This document shows, piece after piece, positions 48,173 through 60,300 of a stretch of 64,000 bases of DNA. Where the stretch lies: NCBI GenBank assembly GCA_965117025.1, contig OZ220746.1:1159225-1223224 (forward strand), in the 5' to 3' direction. Under the pieces are notes generated by a model. That model did no database searches, was not told where the DNA came from, and saw nothing but the letters and a program-made list of their open reading frames with translations. The DNA comes from Rhodothermales bacterium (GTDB lineage: Bacteria > Bacteroidota > Rhodothermia > Rhodothermales > VXPQ01). Numbering within the stretch: position 1 is the stretch's first letter; each line of letters starts with the position of its first letter. A program made the position numbers and the translations under genes.

Positions 48173-49606
48173 CTATATGCGGCTTACCTGAATCATGTTG
48201 GTTCGCCCCTTTGCGGGCAACGGCATCCCTGCCGTAATGACGATCAGGTCCCCGGAACGGACCAGGCCTTGCTCCCGCAAGACGGAGTGGACAATCTGGA
48301 CTCCTTCGTCGGTACCCCGTTGGAACGGAATCAGGAACGATGTGGTTCCCCAGAGAAGGTGCAACCGGCGCATCACTCTTTCGTCATCGGTAAACGCATG
48401 AAGAGGCATCCCGGGACGATGACGGGCGATTGCGCGCGCCGTGGTTCCCGTAGCCGTAAGACAAGCGATAGCGACGGCCCCTACCTGCTCGGCGAGATCA
48501 ACCGCCGTAAAGCTTACCGATTCTGTAACGTCCTCGGAGATAAAACGCCGCTCCACCGGCTTGGAAAGCGGGCTCTGGTACTGCCATCGATGCCGTTCGG
48601 CTTCCTCAACAATCCGGGACATGACTTCGACGACCCGGACCGGATGTTTCCCCACCGCCGTTTCGCCGGAAAGCATAACCGCGTCACTCCCGTCAAGCAC
48701 CGCATTGGCGACATCGCTTGCCTCGGCCCGCATCGGACGAGGATTGTTGATCATGCTCTCGAGCATCTGCGTTGCCGTGATCACCGGCTTGCCAGCCACA
48801 ATGCACTTGTGGATGATCATTTTCTGCGTGGATGGCACCTGTGAGATAGGCATTTCGATGCCCAGATCCCCGCGCGCCACCATGATGCCCTCGCTTGCCT
48901 CCAGAACAGCATCGAAACGGCGGACAGCTTCCGGTTTCTCGATTTTGGCTAACGCCATGATGTCTTTGCCCGATGCACGTATACGTTGCAGCAAGTCGAT
49001 TACGTCGGACTCGTCGCGCACGAACGACAGGGCAATCATATCCACATCCTGTGACAATCCGAATGCAAGGTCGCGCTGATCTTTCGCAGTAAGCGCCGGC
49101 GCAGACGTTTTGATGTCGGGCAGATTGACCCCCTTGCGGGAAGACAAGGGCCCGCCGACAATCACCTCGGTGACGACATCGGAGTCGATAATGTCAACTA
49201 CTTGCAATTCGAGCAAGCCATCGTCGATCAGGATGCGACCACCCACGCTGACATCCTGTGCCAGCAGGTCGTACGTGATCTGCACCCGCTCGGCCGTGCC
49301 GTATTCGACGGGTTCGGCGGTCAGCGTTAACCGCTGCCCCTTGCCGATGGGAATGGAACCGTTCCTGACCGGCCCAAGCCGGATCTTGGGGCCCTGCAGA
49401 TCCTGCAGGATGGGCACCACCTTCCCCTGTTCGTCAGCAGCCTCGCGCACATACCCGATAAGCCGCGCATGATCATCGTGACTGCCGTGAGAAAAATTGA
49501 GTCGGGCAATATCCATACCCGCCCGAATCAACTCCCGGATCGTGCCGGTGTCGGACGAAGACGGTCCCAGGGTACAAACAATTTTGGTACGTCGCCTCAT
49601 AGCCAC
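48173..49606 (-). CDS. pyk: pyruvate kinase
   Basis: RRTKIVCTLGPSS, ARLNFSHG, MVARGDLGIE and the C-terminal allosteric domain. 477 aa. Confidence 0.96.
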   Translation of the reverse strand: MAMRRRTKIVCTLGPSSSDTGTIRELIRAGMDIARLNFSHGSHDDHARLIGYVREAADEQGKVVPILQDLQGPKIRLGPVRNGSIPIGKGQRLTLTAEPVEYGTAERVQITYDLLAQDVSVGGRILIDDGLLELQVVDIIDSDVVTEVIVGGPLSSRKGVNLPDIKTSAPALTAKDQRDLAFGLSQDVDMIALSFVRDESDVIDLLQRIRASGKDIMALAKIEKPEAVRRFDAVLEASEGIMVARGDLGIEMPISQVPSTQKMIIHKCIVAGKPVITATQMLESMINNPRPMRAEASDVANAVLDGSDAVMLSGETAVGKHPVRVVEVMSRIVEEAERHRWQYQSPLSKPVERRFISEDVTESVSFTAVDLAEQVGAVAIACLTATGTTARAIARHRPGMPLHAFTDDERVMRRLHLLWGTTSFLIPFQRGTDEGVQIVHSVLREQGLVRSGDLIVITAGMPLPAKGRTNMIQVSRI

Positions 49607-49745
49607 AAACTAACGATGGACGCCCCACCATCAAAACACGTAACGGGAATATAATCTGCTGTGCAGAGAGAACGAACGCCTTCGGCTCCTTGTGCTGAAA
49701 CGCAGGCGGAAGACAGGGAACGCGTCGGACGCCTCTCCATCAGGT

Positions 49746-50135
49746 CTATCCGTACACTTCATCCGGATCAAACACGCGCTCGCTGTCCGTAATAAGACGT
49801 GCATGTTCGTACCGGCGATGAAAACACGATTTGTACCCGGCGTGACAGGCAGCTCCTCCATGCTGTCTCACTTTAAAGAGAAGCGCATCGCCGTCGCAGT
49901 CGATCCGGATTTCCATGACCTCCTGAATATGACCGCTGCTTTGACCCTTCACCCAGACTTCCTGACGAGAACGGCTCCAATACGTCATGACGTTCTCTTC
50001 GAGTGTGCGCTGGAGAGTGTCCCGGTTCATCCAGGCAAGCATCAGTATCTCACCCGTTTCATGGTCTTGCGCCAGTGCTGCAACCAGTCCATCGGTACCG
50101 AATTTTACTTGTTCGAGCAATTCATTCCTGTCCAT
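49746..50135 (-). CDS. hisI: phosphoribosyl-AMP cyclohydrolase
   Basis: GLVAALAQDHETGEILMLAWMNRDTLQRTLEENVMTYWSRSRQEVWVKGQSSGHIQEV...DCDGDALLFKV is canonical monofunctional HisI. Confidence 0.92.
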   Translation of the reverse strand: MDRNELLEQVKFGTDGLVAALAQDHETGEILMLAWMNRDTLQRTLEENVMTYWSRSRQEVWVKGQSSGHIQEVMEIRIDCDGDALLFKVRQHGGAACHAGYKSCFHRRYEHARLITDSERVFDPDEVYG

Positions 50136-50271
50136 GATTCCACATTCGGTTTTGCTGCCGCATGAGGGCTGCTTCTAACGCCCCGCCCGCAAACGGATGG
50201 TATAGTACGGGTACGCAGGAACCGGGATTGTCCTTGCCGAATTACACGAAATCCCTGCCGAACGGTTCTCT

Positions 50272-50577
50272 ATGCGTTTTTCCGACCGCGACCTTCCGTT
50301 CATGAACCGCACGATCACATACGTGGCACATATTCCGCGCATTTTCCTCAAGGGACTGGTGCGCTTCTACCAGTACGTGCTGTCTCCGCATATACCGTCC
50401 AGTTGCCGCTACACGCCCTCATGTTCGGAATACGCCGTGGAGGCTCTCGAGAAATACGGTGCATTGAAAGGAACGGTGCTGGTTATTCACCGCCTCCTTC
50501 GATGCGCTCCATGGGGCCGGGGGGGATACGATCCACCGCGCTGGTATAACGAAAAAGAAGTGGCGAAGCATCCGTGA
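50272..50577 (+). CDS. yidD: membrane protein insertion efficiency factor YidD
   Basis: [50 protein letters not shown] is the YidD signature. The true start may be the Met at 50302. Confidence 0.88.
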   Translation: MRFSDRDLPFMNRTITYVAHIPRIFLKGLVRFYQYVLSPHIPSSCRYTPSCSEYAVEALEKYGALKGTVLVIHRLLRCAPWGRGGYDPPRWYNEKEVAKHP

Positions 50578-51077
50578 GTTACGACGAGCACAAGCAGGCC
50601 GCTCAAAACACCCCCGTGCGCGCCGGGGTGATCACTGTCAGCGATACGCGGACGGAAGCGACGGATACCAGTGGTCGATATATAATGGAAACCCTTGCGG
50701 AAGCCGGTGTCGAAATCATAGAGACCCGTATCGTGCCCGACACGCCGGAACGCATCGAGTCGGCCCTGGATGAACTGGTCACCCGTTGCGAAGTAATCGT
50801 GACCACCGGCGGCACAGGCATTAGCCGGCGGGACACAACCATTGAGGTCGTGACTCGGAAGTTCGAGCGAACGCTGCCGGGATTCGGCGAAATTTTCCGG
50901 ATGCTTTCCTATGAGGAAATCGGATCAGGCGCCATGCTTTCGCGCGCTGTTGCGGGAATGTGGAGCAATGTGCTTGTCTTTTCCCTTCCGGGTTCATTGC
51001 ATGCCGTGCGTCTGGCAATCGAGCAATTGATCCTGCCCGAAATCCATCATCTCGTCTGGGAAATGATCCGGCAATAA
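50574..51077 (+). CDS. moaB: MoaB/MogA-family molybdenum cofactor biosynthesis protein
   Basis: [11 protein letters not shown]...DTSG...[17 protein letters not shown] matches the MoCF_biosynth domain pattern. It overlaps the yidD stop by 4 nt. Confidence 0.8.
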   Translation: MSYDEHKQAAQNTPVRAGVITVSDTRTEATDTSGRYIMETLAEAGVEIIETRIVPDTPERIESALDELVTRCEVIVTTGGTGISRRDTTIEVVTRKFERTLPGFGEIFRMLSYEEIGSGAMLSRAVAGMWSNVLVFSLPGSLHAVRLAIEQLILPEIHHLVWEMIRQ

Positions 51078-51216
51078 GCACAGGCCGAAAGCAACCCGCA
51101 TAGAAGCAGGGCCTTCGCCGGAAGATGCCCGGTTACCATGCAGGCACTTCCGCAGCATCCTGCCGTTACATATTGGTTTGTAAAGAATCCGAATCGTAAC
51201 CGCATAGCACGCCCCA

Positions 51217-52746
51217 ATGCCGGAAAAAATCTTCCGCATGTATAATTCGCTGACGCGAAGCACGGAGGCCATCGAACCGGCCCAGCCAGATCATCTACGA
51301 TTCTATGCGTGCGGCCCCACAGTCTATTCCTATGCGCATATCGGAAATTTTCGCTCGTTTCTGACCGCCGATCTCGTGCTGCGAACCGCACAAGCCATCG
51401 GATGGAAAACGACCTATGTTACCAACATCACAGATGTGGGGCACCTGACCGAAGACGACATCGCGGATGCGGAAGGGGAAGACCGCATGACGAAAGCGCT
51501 TCGATCAAAGGAAGGCGAACGTTTTGCGAATATCTGGGATCTGGCGCGCTATTATACAAACACGCTACTGTCCGACTGGCAGGCACTCAATCTCCGCGAA
51601 CCCGATGTGCGCCCGCGAGCTACAGATCACGTAGCGCAGCAAATCCGCGATGTAGCCCGGCTATTGGACAAAGGACATGCCTACGAAACGGAGCAGGGCG
51701 TCTATTTCTCGGTGACTTCTTTTCCGGAATACGGCAAATTGTCCGGCAATGTATTGTCGAACTCATTGGATGAGGGCGTCCGCGATGTGGTGCAGGACCC
51801 GGAAAAAAGAGACGCGCGCGATTTTGCGCTATGGAAAAAGGACCCCGGCCACCTCATGGTATGGCACAGCCCGTGGGGATGGGGATTTCCGGGATGGCAT
51901 ATCGAATGTTCAACCATGGCGCAGGCCTATCTCGGAGCGTCTTTCGATCTTCACACAGGAGGCGAAGACAACAAATTTCCCCATCACGAATGCGAAATCG
52001 CGCAGGCTGAGTGCCTCACCGGCAAACCGTTTGCCCGGTACTGGCTGCATACGCGCTTCTTGCAGGTGGAAGGCGAAAAGATGGCTAAAAGCGCAGGGAA
52101 TTTTTTCACCGTCCGCGACCTCGTCGGCCCGGAATCGGAAGGAGGGCACGGTATACACCCTCTCGCACTTCGCCTGGCGCTGATCTCGGGGCAATATCGG
52201 AAGCCTCTCAATTTCACCTTCGATCAACTCCATGTGTGTGCAAGGCATATCCAGCGGTTCGAAGAGGCCATGGACCTCGCAGAGCACGGAATCGCTCGCG
52301 GAGCATCCGGAAAGAACCACCTGACGGAACCGCTTGAGGAGTTGTACGAACGTGCACTCGATGCCATGCTGGACGATCTGAATACGCCGGAAGCCATCGC
52401 CGCCGCCATCGAGGGAGCAAAATTGATCCTCAGGTCCGGACAGGAACTCAGTGGCGGCGCGGCGCAATCCGCAAAAACCTGGCTGGATAAAATCAACAGC
52501 CTGCTGGGTATTGTGCGTCAGGAGACCCTCCATGAAGCAAGGCAAACCTCCGAATCCGACGCTGCAGAAACCCTGTTTTCCCGGCAGGTGGAAGAGCTGC
52601 TGCATCAACGCGCCGAGGCCCGTGCACTGCGTGATTTCCAACGAGCCGATGCCATCCGGGACCAACTCGACGAGATGAATGTCGAAATTATGGATACTCC
52701 GGAAGGTACGCGGTGGCGCCGCAAAATAACCGGTTATGTTTCATAG
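51217..52746 (+). CDS. cysS: cysteinyl-tRNA synthetase
   Basis: Class I HIGH motif ([10 protein letters not shown]), the zinc-ligand context (WHIECS), and KMSKS as KMAKSAGN. 509 aa. Confidence 0.95.
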   Translation: MPEKIFRMYNSLTRSTEAIEPAQPDHLRFYACGPTVYSYAHIGNFRSFLTADLVLRTAQAIGWKTTYVTNITDVGHLTEDDIADAEGEDRMTKALRSKEGERFANIWDLARYYTNTLLSDWQALNLREPDVRPRATDHVAQQIRDVARLLDKGHAYETEQGVYFSVTSFPEYGKLSGNVLSNSLDEGVRDVVQDPEKRDARDFALWKKDPGHLMVWHSPWGWGFPGWHIECSTMAQAYLGASFDLHTGGEDNKFPHHECEIAQAECLTGKPFARYWLHTRFLQVEGEKMAKSAGNFFTVRDLVGPESEGGHGIHPLALRLALISGQYRKPLNFTFDQLHVCARHIQRFEEAMDLAEHGIARGASGKNHLTEPLEELYERALDAMLDDLNTPEAIAAAIEGAKLILRSGQELSGGAAQSAKTWLDKINSLLGIVRQETLHEARQTSESDAAETLFSRQVEELLHQRAEARALRDFQRADAIRDQLDEMNVEIMDTPEGTRWRRKITGYVS

Positions 52747-52780
52747 CGCACCGCAATGCGCCGCTTTACACCCTGTTTCA

Positions 52781-53764
52781 ATGCGTATCCGCCCGCGAAG
52801 GCTAAGAACGAATTCCGGCATACGTCGACTGGTCCGGGAGACACATCTTGCGACAGATCACCTCATTGCGCCGTTGTTCGTGGTCGAAGGCGAGGAAATT
52901 CGCGAGGAAATCGCCTCTATGCCTGGTCAATACCGGTTGAGTCTCGATGAAATGGCAAAGGAGGTGCGTGAACTGGCCGAACTCGACATTCCGGGCATTG
53001 CGCTATTTCCAAAGATCGAGGACGAACTGAAAGATTCGCAAGGAAGTGCATCGCTGGATCCGGAGGGCCTTATCCCGCGGGCCATTCGAGCGGCCAAAGA
53101 GGCAGCGGAGACTATGTTGATCATCACGGATGTGGCCCTGGACCCGTACTCTTCGGACGGCCACGACGGAATAGTGAAAAAAGGACGCGTACAAAACGAT
53201 GAAACCCTGGAACTGCTGGCCGGCATGGCCGTCGTGCAGGCCGATGCAGGGGCCGATATCGTCGCCCCGTCGGATATGATGGACGGACGCGTGAAAACGA
53301 TACGCAACGCGCTGGATACCCACGGACATACAGAGGTCGCCATTCTTTCCTACACGGCCAAATATGCATCCGCCTTCTACGGGCCCTTCCGGGATGCCCT
53401 TGATTCTGCGCCAAGGACCGGCAAAGACATCCCCGTAGACAAAAAAACGTACCAGATGGACCCCGCCAATGCAGAGGAAGCGCTTCGCGAACTCGAATTG
53501 GACCTTGCAGAGGGAGCTGATATGGTGATGGTTAAACCTGCCCTCCCCTACCTGGACGTGATTTACCGGTTGCGACAATATTCGACCGTTCCCGTAGCCG
53601 CATACCATGTGAGCGGGGAATACGCCATGCTTTCCGCAGCGGGGCGAAACGGATGGGTTGACCGGCAGGAAGCCATGATGGAATCCCTGACGGCTATCCG
53701 TCGGGCCGGAGCCGACATTATCCTGACGTATTTTGCAAAAGAAGCCGCAAAACACCTGCGCTGA
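52781..53764 (+). CDS. hemB: porphobilinogen synthase (delta-aminolevulinate dehydratase)
   Basis: MRIRPRRLRTNSGIRRLVRETHL is the canonical HemB N-terminus (Met16 of the ORF). The active-site region contains PSDMMDGRV and YxVSGEYAM. The aspartate-rich DVALDPYSSDGHDG suggests a Mg-type rather than Zn-type enzyme. Confidence 0.94.
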   Translation: MRIRPRRLRTNSGIRRLVRETHLATDHLIAPLFVVEGEEIREEIASMPGQYRLSLDEMAKEVRELAELDIPGIALFPKIEDELKDSQGSASLDPEGLIPRAIRAAKEAAETMLIITDVALDPYSSDGHDGIVKKGRVQNDETLELLAGMAVVQADAGADIVAPSDMMDGRVKTIRNALDTHGHTEVAILSYTAKYASAFYGPFRDALDSAPRTGKDIPVDKKTYQMDPANAEEALRELELDLAEGADMVMVKPALPYLDVIYRLRQYSTVPVAAYHVSGEYAMLSAAGRNGWVDRQEAMMESLTAIRRAGADIILTYFAKEAAKHLR

Positions 53765-53768
53765 GTCC

Positions 53769-54296
53769 ATGACAGAAACCAACGAAACCCTTCGTGTCGT
53801 CCACCTTGACTACAGCCACCTCGGAGGAGGGCTAAGCCGCATGATGGACCGCTTCAGAGACGAAGGCACACTGACCGGTGAACCCGATGCGGACGCTTTC
53901 CTGCGCAATAATCCGGCCGGAGCACTGCTCGGTTTGCTTTACGATCAGCGAGTTCGGGCGGAATATGCTTTCACAGGACCGATCCGCCTGCACGACCGCC
54001 TTGGTCATCTGGACCTTTTGCTGATTGCGGACATGAACCCCGAGAAACTGCAATCCCTGTTCGCAGAAACGCCGGCTGTACATCGCTTTACCAACAAGAT
54101 GGCCGAATACACGCAACAGGTAGCCCGCTTTGTAACGGATACCTACGAAGGAGATGCCTCGCGTATCTGGAGTGACGGGGCTCCATTCGCCGTGATCGAG
54201 AAGCGGGTACGCGCTCTGCCGGGGTTTGGCGCACTCAAAGCCGCCAAGATGAAGTACGTATTGCACTACTTCGGCTACCGCGACTTTTCGGGGTAA
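53769..54296 (+). CDS. HhH-GPD-type base-excision DNA repair family protein
   Basis: LTGEPDADAFLRNNPAGALLGLLYDQRVRAEYAF...PAVHRFTNKMAEY...ALPGFGALKAAKM matches my recollection of the short HhH-GPD-type repair protein family. The start is taken at MTETNE. Confidence 0.65.
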   Translation: MTETNETLRVVHLDYSHLGGGLSRMMDRFRDEGTLTGEPDADAFLRNNPAGALLGLLYDQRVRAEYAFTGPIRLHDRLGHLDLLLIADMNPEKLQSLFAETPAVHRFTNKMAEYTQQVARFVTDTYEGDASRIWSDGAPFAVIEKRVRALPGFGALKAAKMKYVLHYFGYRDFSG

Positions 54297-54341
54297 ATAG
54301 TGCGGGTGTTCGAGTCTCCCTGCAGGGCATGGATCAGCGTG

Positions 54342-55889
54342 TCACCGCTTCCAGAACGCCGGCGCCAGTATGATGAGCACGGTGAACAACTCGAGTCGGC
54401 CGGCCATCATCAGAAAAGAGAGCACCCACTTCCCAAATACAGGAATGTCTGCATAATTGCCGGTAGGGCCGAACGAACCGAAGGCCGGGCCGATATTGCC
54501 GACACTTGCAATGGCGGCGCTGAAGGCACTGAGGAGATCAAGGCCCAGCACAAACATGATCATCGTACCCAACCCGATACCCCCCACATAGAGCACTATG
54601 AACGAAAGTACGTTGCTCAAAATGTCTTTGGGAACGACATCCCCGCCCAACCGCACATGAATGACTGCCGCAGGATGCAATAACTGCCTGATCTCACGGA
54701 AGGAATTTTTGAACATCAGCATGTGCCGGATAATTTTGACCCCGCCGGATGTCGAGCCAGCCATGCCGCCACAAAAAAACAATAGAAATATGATGCCTAC
54801 GCCGAGCGGGGGCCATAGCTGATAGTCTGCAATGGTGTACCCGGTGGTTGTCATGATGGCAACCGCCTGAAAGGCTGCTCGACGTAACGCATCCGACAGC
54901 GTCGCATACCCCTCGAAGGCGCCCGCTTCGCGTCCGACCCATGGCATGACGTCCACCGCCGTGTCCCAGATACCGATGGCGACCAGCAGCATCGCCGCAA
55001 GAGCAATAGCCGCATACACCCGAAACTCGGCGTCCCTGAAAAGCAGATTGGGGCGCCCTTTCAGCATGTGGTAATGCAAAACAAAATTCACGCCTCCGAT
55101 AAACATGAATACGGTAATGACCCATTCCACATAGGCAGAGCCATACTCCCCGATGGAACCGTCCTGGGTGGAAAACCCACCGGTGGCCATCGTGGTGAAG
55201 GCATGATTGATGCTGTCGAAAAGCGACATGGCCGGCAGCAGGAGCAGGACCTGAGCCACTGTAAAGCCGACATAAATGAGCCACAAGCGCCGGGCCGTTT
55301 CGCGCACGCGGGGGGTAATTTTGTCAGCAGACGGCCCTGGGACTTCCGCTTTGAAAAGCTGCATGCCGCCGATGCCCAGAATCGGCAGAATCGCAAGGGT
55401 GAGCACGATAATACCCATACCCCCCAACCATTGGGCAAGACTGCGCCAGAACAAAAAGGCATGGGGAATCTCCGATATCGCCGGATTCCCGCCTCCACCC
55501 AGGATCGTAGCGCCGGTCGTGGTAAACCCGCTCATCGTTTCAAAAAAGGCGTCGGCGTAGGAATCCAGCACACCGCCCAGCACAAATGGGACCGAGCCGA
55601 CCAGCGACAGTACAAACCAGGAAAGGCCCACGACGGCAAACCCCTCCCGTATGCCGAGATGCCCGGAGAAATTCTTCAGGCCGCGCCACATCGCAAATCC
55701 GGCCAGGAAGGAAAACGCTGCCGTAACACCGAACGTCCACCACGCCGCCTCGCCATAGCATACCCCAACGGCCATGGGCAACAGCAAAGCCGCCCCCAGA
55801 AACATGAGCAACACGCCAAGGGTGGCGAAAACAGGCTTTATATGAAGAAGCATAGCGTGCTTCCGGAAAGGGATGTCACAGGGTCGCAA
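54342..55889 (-). CDS. trkH: Trk-type potassium uptake protein TrkH
   Basis: Polytopic membrane protein with reiterated selectivity-filter-like segments (SGFTTTGATI, MATGGFST, TTTGYTIAD, GSTSGGVK). The start may instead be MLLHIKP at 55853. Confidence 0.9.
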   Translation of the reverse strand: MRPCDIPFRKHAMLLHIKPVFATLGVLLMFLGAALLLPMAVGVCYGEAAWWTFGVTAAFSFLAGFAMWRGLKNFSGHLGIREGFAVVGLSWFVLSLVGSVPFVLGGVLDSYADAFFETMSGFTTTGATILGGGGNPAISEIPHAFLFWRSLAQWLGGMGIIVLTLAILPILGIGGMQLFKAEVPGPSADKITPRVRETARRLWLIYVGFTVAQVLLLLPAMSLFDSINHAFTTMATGGFSTQDGSIGEYGSAYVEWVITVFMFIGGVNFVLHYHMLKGRPNLLFRDAEFRVYAAIALAAMLLVAIGIWDTAVDVMPWVGREAGAFEGYATLSDALRRAAFQAVAIMTTTGYTIADYQLWPPLGVGIIFLLFFCGGMAGSTSGGVKIIRHMLMFKNSFREIRQLLHPAAVIHVRLGGDVVPKDILSNVLSFIVLYVGGIGLGTMIMFVLGLDLLSAFSAAIASVGNIGPAFGSFGPTGNYADIPVFGKWVLSFLMMAGRLELFTVLIILAPAFWKR

Positions 55890-55894
55890 AACCG

Positions 55895-57247
55895 CTACTT
55901 AGCGGCAAACTTGCGCTCGACGTCGTCCATGCGAGAAGGCATGGCGAACACGATAGCCTGATCCCCGGCGGTTATGTGCGTATCTCCAGTGGCAATGAAT
56001 ACTTCGCCTTCATGTAACACGGCGCCAATGAGTGCGCCGGACAGCAGTTGCAATTCCCTGAGAGGCTTTTGGGATATCCACGACCGGGGTTTAGCCTCGA
56101 TTTCGACGATCTGGGCATCCAGACCATGTATGGTGGCCACGCTCCGTACATGCGTTCCACGCAGATACCGGTGAATCTCTCGGGATACAGCCAGTTTTTT
56201 ACTGACGGCTGCATCCAGGCCGATACTCTGACTGATCGGGATGTACGTATTCTTGGAAAGTAACGCTACGGTCTTCCTGACGCCGAGATGCTTTGCCATG
56301 AGACAGGTGACCAGATTCGATTCCTCGTCGTCCGTCACCGCTACGAAGGCATCCATCTCACCCAGCCCCTCCTGAACCAGTAAATCTATATCGGTGGCGG
56401 CGCCATGGATGACGAGCACATTCTTCAATATCTCCGCCAGTTTCGCCGCCCGCTCCTTGTTTGGCTCCACAAGTTTCACGGTCTTGTTCTTTTCGCATCC
56501 GAACTGGGAAGCGACCCCCACACCCACTGCGGTTCCGCCAAGAATCATGATGTGATTTGCCCGGGTCTCCGCCTTGCCCATCATAGCAGATATATATCCC
56601 ATGTATTTCGGCAAGGCAAGCACGAAAACCTGATCACCTTGCCGGAGCGTATCGCTGCCCCCTGGAATAATCGTACGAGCGCCCCGACTAATGCCCATTA
56701 CGCGAAACTGCACATGGCTATGGGCCGCCGCTATATCCTGGAGTTTTTTTCCCGCAACGGGGGCATCAGCATCAATCCGGAGGCCCATCAACTGTAACCG
56801 GCCATCGGCGAAATCGAGAATGTCGGTGGCGCTGGCGCGGCGCACCAGCCACACCACTTCATTGGCGGCGCTTTCTTCCGGGTGAATGACAAGATCAATC
56901 CCGAAATCGCTCGTCTTGAGCACAGATTGGGCGCGAGTGATTTCATCGGACCGGACACGGGCAATCGTCGTGGATACACCGAGCCGGTCCGCCAGCATAC
57001 AGGCAATGATATTCACTTCGTCCACGGGCGTTACCGCGATCAGCATATCCGCCCTGGTTATACCCGCCTCATCAAGCACCTCGGAGGATGTGCCATTGCC
57101 GACAATGGCCATCACGTCGAGTTTTTCATGAACCTGCCGGATGGCGTCGGCATCCTGGTCGATGACCACCACGTCATGCTCCTCGCGTGACAGCATACGG
57201 GCCACATCGTAGCCTACTTCACCGGCTCCTACGACAATTACGCGCAA
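55895..57247 (-). CDS. trkA: Trk system potassium uptake protein TrkA (tandem RCK/NAD-binding domains)
   Basis: MRVIVVGAGEVGYDVARML and a second IMILGGTAVGVGVA Rossmann motif, each followed by a TrkA-C region. 450 aa. Confidence 0.92.
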   Translation of the reverse strand: MRVIVVGAGEVGYDVARMLSREEHDVVVIDQDADAIRQVHEKLDVMAIVGNGTSSEVLDEAGITRADMLIAVTPVDEVNIIACMLADRLGVSTTIARVRSDEITRAQSVLKTSDFGIDLVIHPEESAANEVVWLVRRASATDILDFADGRLQLMGLRIDADAPVAGKKLQDIAAAHSHVQFRVMGISRGARTIIPGGSDTLRQGDQVFVLALPKYMGYISAMMGKAETRANHIMILGGTAVGVGVASQFGCEKNKTVKLVEPNKERAAKLAEILKNVLVIHGAATDIDLLVQEGLGEMDAFVAVTDDEESNLVTCLMAKHLGVRKTVALLSKNTYIPISQSIGLDAAVSKKLAVSREIHRYLRGTHVRSVATIHGLDAQIVEIEAKPRSWISQKPLRELQLLSGALIGAVLHEGEVFIATGDTHITAGDQAIVFAMPSRMDDVERKFAAK

Positions 57248-57323
57248 TTCAAAATCGCAGATATGGGATCAGCGCAACAACGGATATTCCCGATCCCTCG
57301 AACGCAAGGCGTGCAGGAAAGGT

Positions 57324-60300
57324 TCAGGAAGCGGTGACGCTGTCGTCGATCAAAGGAAAACGCACCTGAAAAACAGTTCCCTTGCCGACCTCCGTCGTGA
57401 ATCCGATGGTTCCCCGCATCTCTTCCACGCTCTTCTTCACGATAGCCAATCCAAGTCCGGTGCCGCTTGTTTTCGTCGAGAAGTGCGGTTCAAAAATTTT
57501 CTGGCCCACCGCTTCTTCAATCCCCGATCCATTATCGACCACATAGCTGCATCCCCATACCTTTCCAGCCACCTCTTCCAGTTCGGTGCGCACCTCGACC
57601 CTGCCCATTTCCGGCGCTGAAATAGCCTGGAGGGCGTTTTTGATCAGGTTGATGTAGGTACGGCGCAATTCCGCCCGGTCGGCTTCGATAAAAAGCGGAG
57701 CTTCGGATAAAGCGGATCGGATACCGATCTCACTTTCTTCCTGCATCAATGAAACGGCTTCCCGGATCACGTCATTCATATCTATACGCTGCATCTCACG
57801 GGAGGGCATCCGGGCAAACGCATGAAACTCGCTCGCTATACGCGCCAACGAATCAATCTGCTCGATCAGCGTACCCGTAATGCGGTCGAAAACCTGACCA
57901 AATCTATTCCGGGCGTCCGGCTCGTTCCCCCGGTCCGTGAAAGCCTGACGCAGATGCTGCACGGACAGTTTCATGGGAGTAAGCGGATTCCTGATTTCGT
58001 GAGCCACCTGTCGCGCCATTTCCCGCCACGCAAGCTGACGTTCCTGCCGGGCCAGCTTGATCTGACTTTCGGAAAGCTGTTGCTGCATTTCATTGAATGT
58101 TTCGACAAGTTCCCCGATCTCATCGCGCGAATCAACCGGAAGTGTATTGCCGAAACGTCCCACAGCAACCGCCTTCAGACCGGATCGAAGCCGGGCGATC
58201 GGCTTCGATATGGCGTTCGCAAGCAACAACCCCGTCAGCACCACAAGCAGCACGAGAAGCAACAACGAACCGAAAAGGTAAGCGACGGTATCCGCACGTT
58301 CCTCCTCAATGATTTCCTGCTCGGGAAGAATGGGGGTGGAAACGACATAACGCGGACTTCCCTCTTCTCCGACAAACGCCCTGAATCCCGCCATATACGT
58401 AAAACTTCCTACGCGCTCGTCGGTGAACGTAACCCGGTCCGCATCGGTGTACAATGCCTTGTACGCCTCGATCGGCAACCGCCGATCTACGAGCCGGTCA
58501 CGAATCAGTTGCGGGCGGCTGAGGCGGGAGATCGTATGCCCTTCATATATATTCAAGTCAATGCCTACGCGGGCTGCCAACGAATCGATAGGCATGCGGT
58601 CAAGCACGCTGGATGGACGTTCGCCGTGGCGCGCCTCTGCCGCCAGTACCTGTTCGACGCGATCAAGGTGCCGGTGGAGCCACCGCTGTACGGATTGCCT
58701 GCTTTCGACCGTGACTGCTTGCTCTCCCACCACACCGACAAGACCTACCAGGATAATGCCAATTCCGATAAGCGCGTTCAGCACCTTGTCCCGGAAGCGA
58801 ATATGGGGAGCTGGCAATAGCCCCCTCCGGTGACGAACCCGGATGCCGACCAGGTAACATAACAACGCGATCACAAGACCGCCCATGGTCAGGCGCAACA
58901 GGTAATACAAGTGATCGAACAGGGTAACGTGAGGAGCACGCACCGCAAACACCTGCATCGCACCCGGAAATGAATCCATCGCCGGCGCAGGTTCTCCACG
59001 CATATAGTAGCTCTGCCAGGCGCCTCCTTCCAATCGCTCGTTCCTCCAGACAGTCGGTTCATGCAAGAGCGCTTGCGTCACGTCTTCCGGAAGCCGGTAT
59101 CGTTCGAAATCACGCCCGGTACTCCGAAACAGAAAACCGTCGCGAAACTCCGCCCCGGAAAACGTATCGAACAAGGCATCGTTCGAACCGGAAGGCAATA
59201 ATACGCCGGAAATCGGCGTGCCGCCCTCTGCAAACGAGACGCGTGGCCCCTCCCCTTGAGCGAATGCCTCCGCAGCCGCAATCATGCGCACATGCCGGCT
59301 GGCATCCAGACCCAGATAAAACATGGGGTACAGCAGAAAGGTCACAAGAAAAACCAGCGGGAAAAGATTCCGAAGCGTGATGAGGTTCATCAGCTGAGCC
59401 GACCGCAACATGCCAAGACACACCAGCCCGAAAACAGCTGCAAGCATATAGCCCAATACGGCAAGAGGAAGCACGGTCCCGATCGGAGTAAGCATATACA
59501 CTGCGACGACAGGTACGGCCACAGAGAATCCCGCAAGGACCCCGAAGGTCCAGGGAGAGCTCCGGGGCGCCAACCGATGAAGTGCTTCCGTAACCGCTAC
59601 CCATGTCACACCCGCGGCAAGCAGAATCACACCGATCTGCATCAGCACAAGACTGCAAAAAACGACCAGCAGATGCAGATCGGGAATAAGCCCCCCCTTG
59701 GCAAAAAAGTCGAATGTGCTATGCAAGGCCACATGTCGCGCTACAAGCGCCGGTAAAAACAGCAGACCCGCAAGGATACCTGTGCATGCCGCCACCACCC
59801 CGGCAAGAACCATCCGCGAAATGCGACGTGGACGGAACAGCCGGTCTCGTACTTTCCGGAGTGCGCCGACCCATTCCAGGAAAGCCCCGGAAAAGGCAAC
59901 CAGAAACAGAATGGTGATCAACAATTCGCCGGTGGAGCCAAGCACCCCTCCGAATAATCCGGACGAAAGATGTGTCGGGTCAAAAAGCGGGGCAAGAGGC
60001 GTCTTGCCTTGTTGCCACCGGGACGGAACGTTCATCTCCAACAGGATGAAGCGAAGCAACCACCAGTATACAGCACACATCGCGAAGCCTCCGACCACAG
60101 CCCACCACCGGTTACGGCTCGGCTTCGCCTGCAAACGCCGAACCTCCCGGCGATACAGGCACCACATTCCGCCCATCGTCCAGAAAAGAAACAGCGCGGT
60201 CCAAAGCGCCATGAGATGATCGGGCAGCACGGCAGCCAGGGCCGTCATTTGCCTGACGGAAGGAGCATCTACGGTAACAAGGCCCAGCACCGTGCCATCT

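Noticed and set aside
3705-58820. Other long antisense ORFs: 3705..4979(-), 5031..6608(-), 13793..14851(+), 18470..19684(+), 22421..23479(+), 42796..43833(+), 47422..48844(+), 57822..58820(+).
   Set aside because: Each mirrors a confidently identified gene on the opposite strand (pheS, pheT, the TonB receptor, relA/spoT, rpoA, ftsH, the TPR protein/pyk, and the kinase). None shows a family signature. I treat them as GC-bias artefacts.
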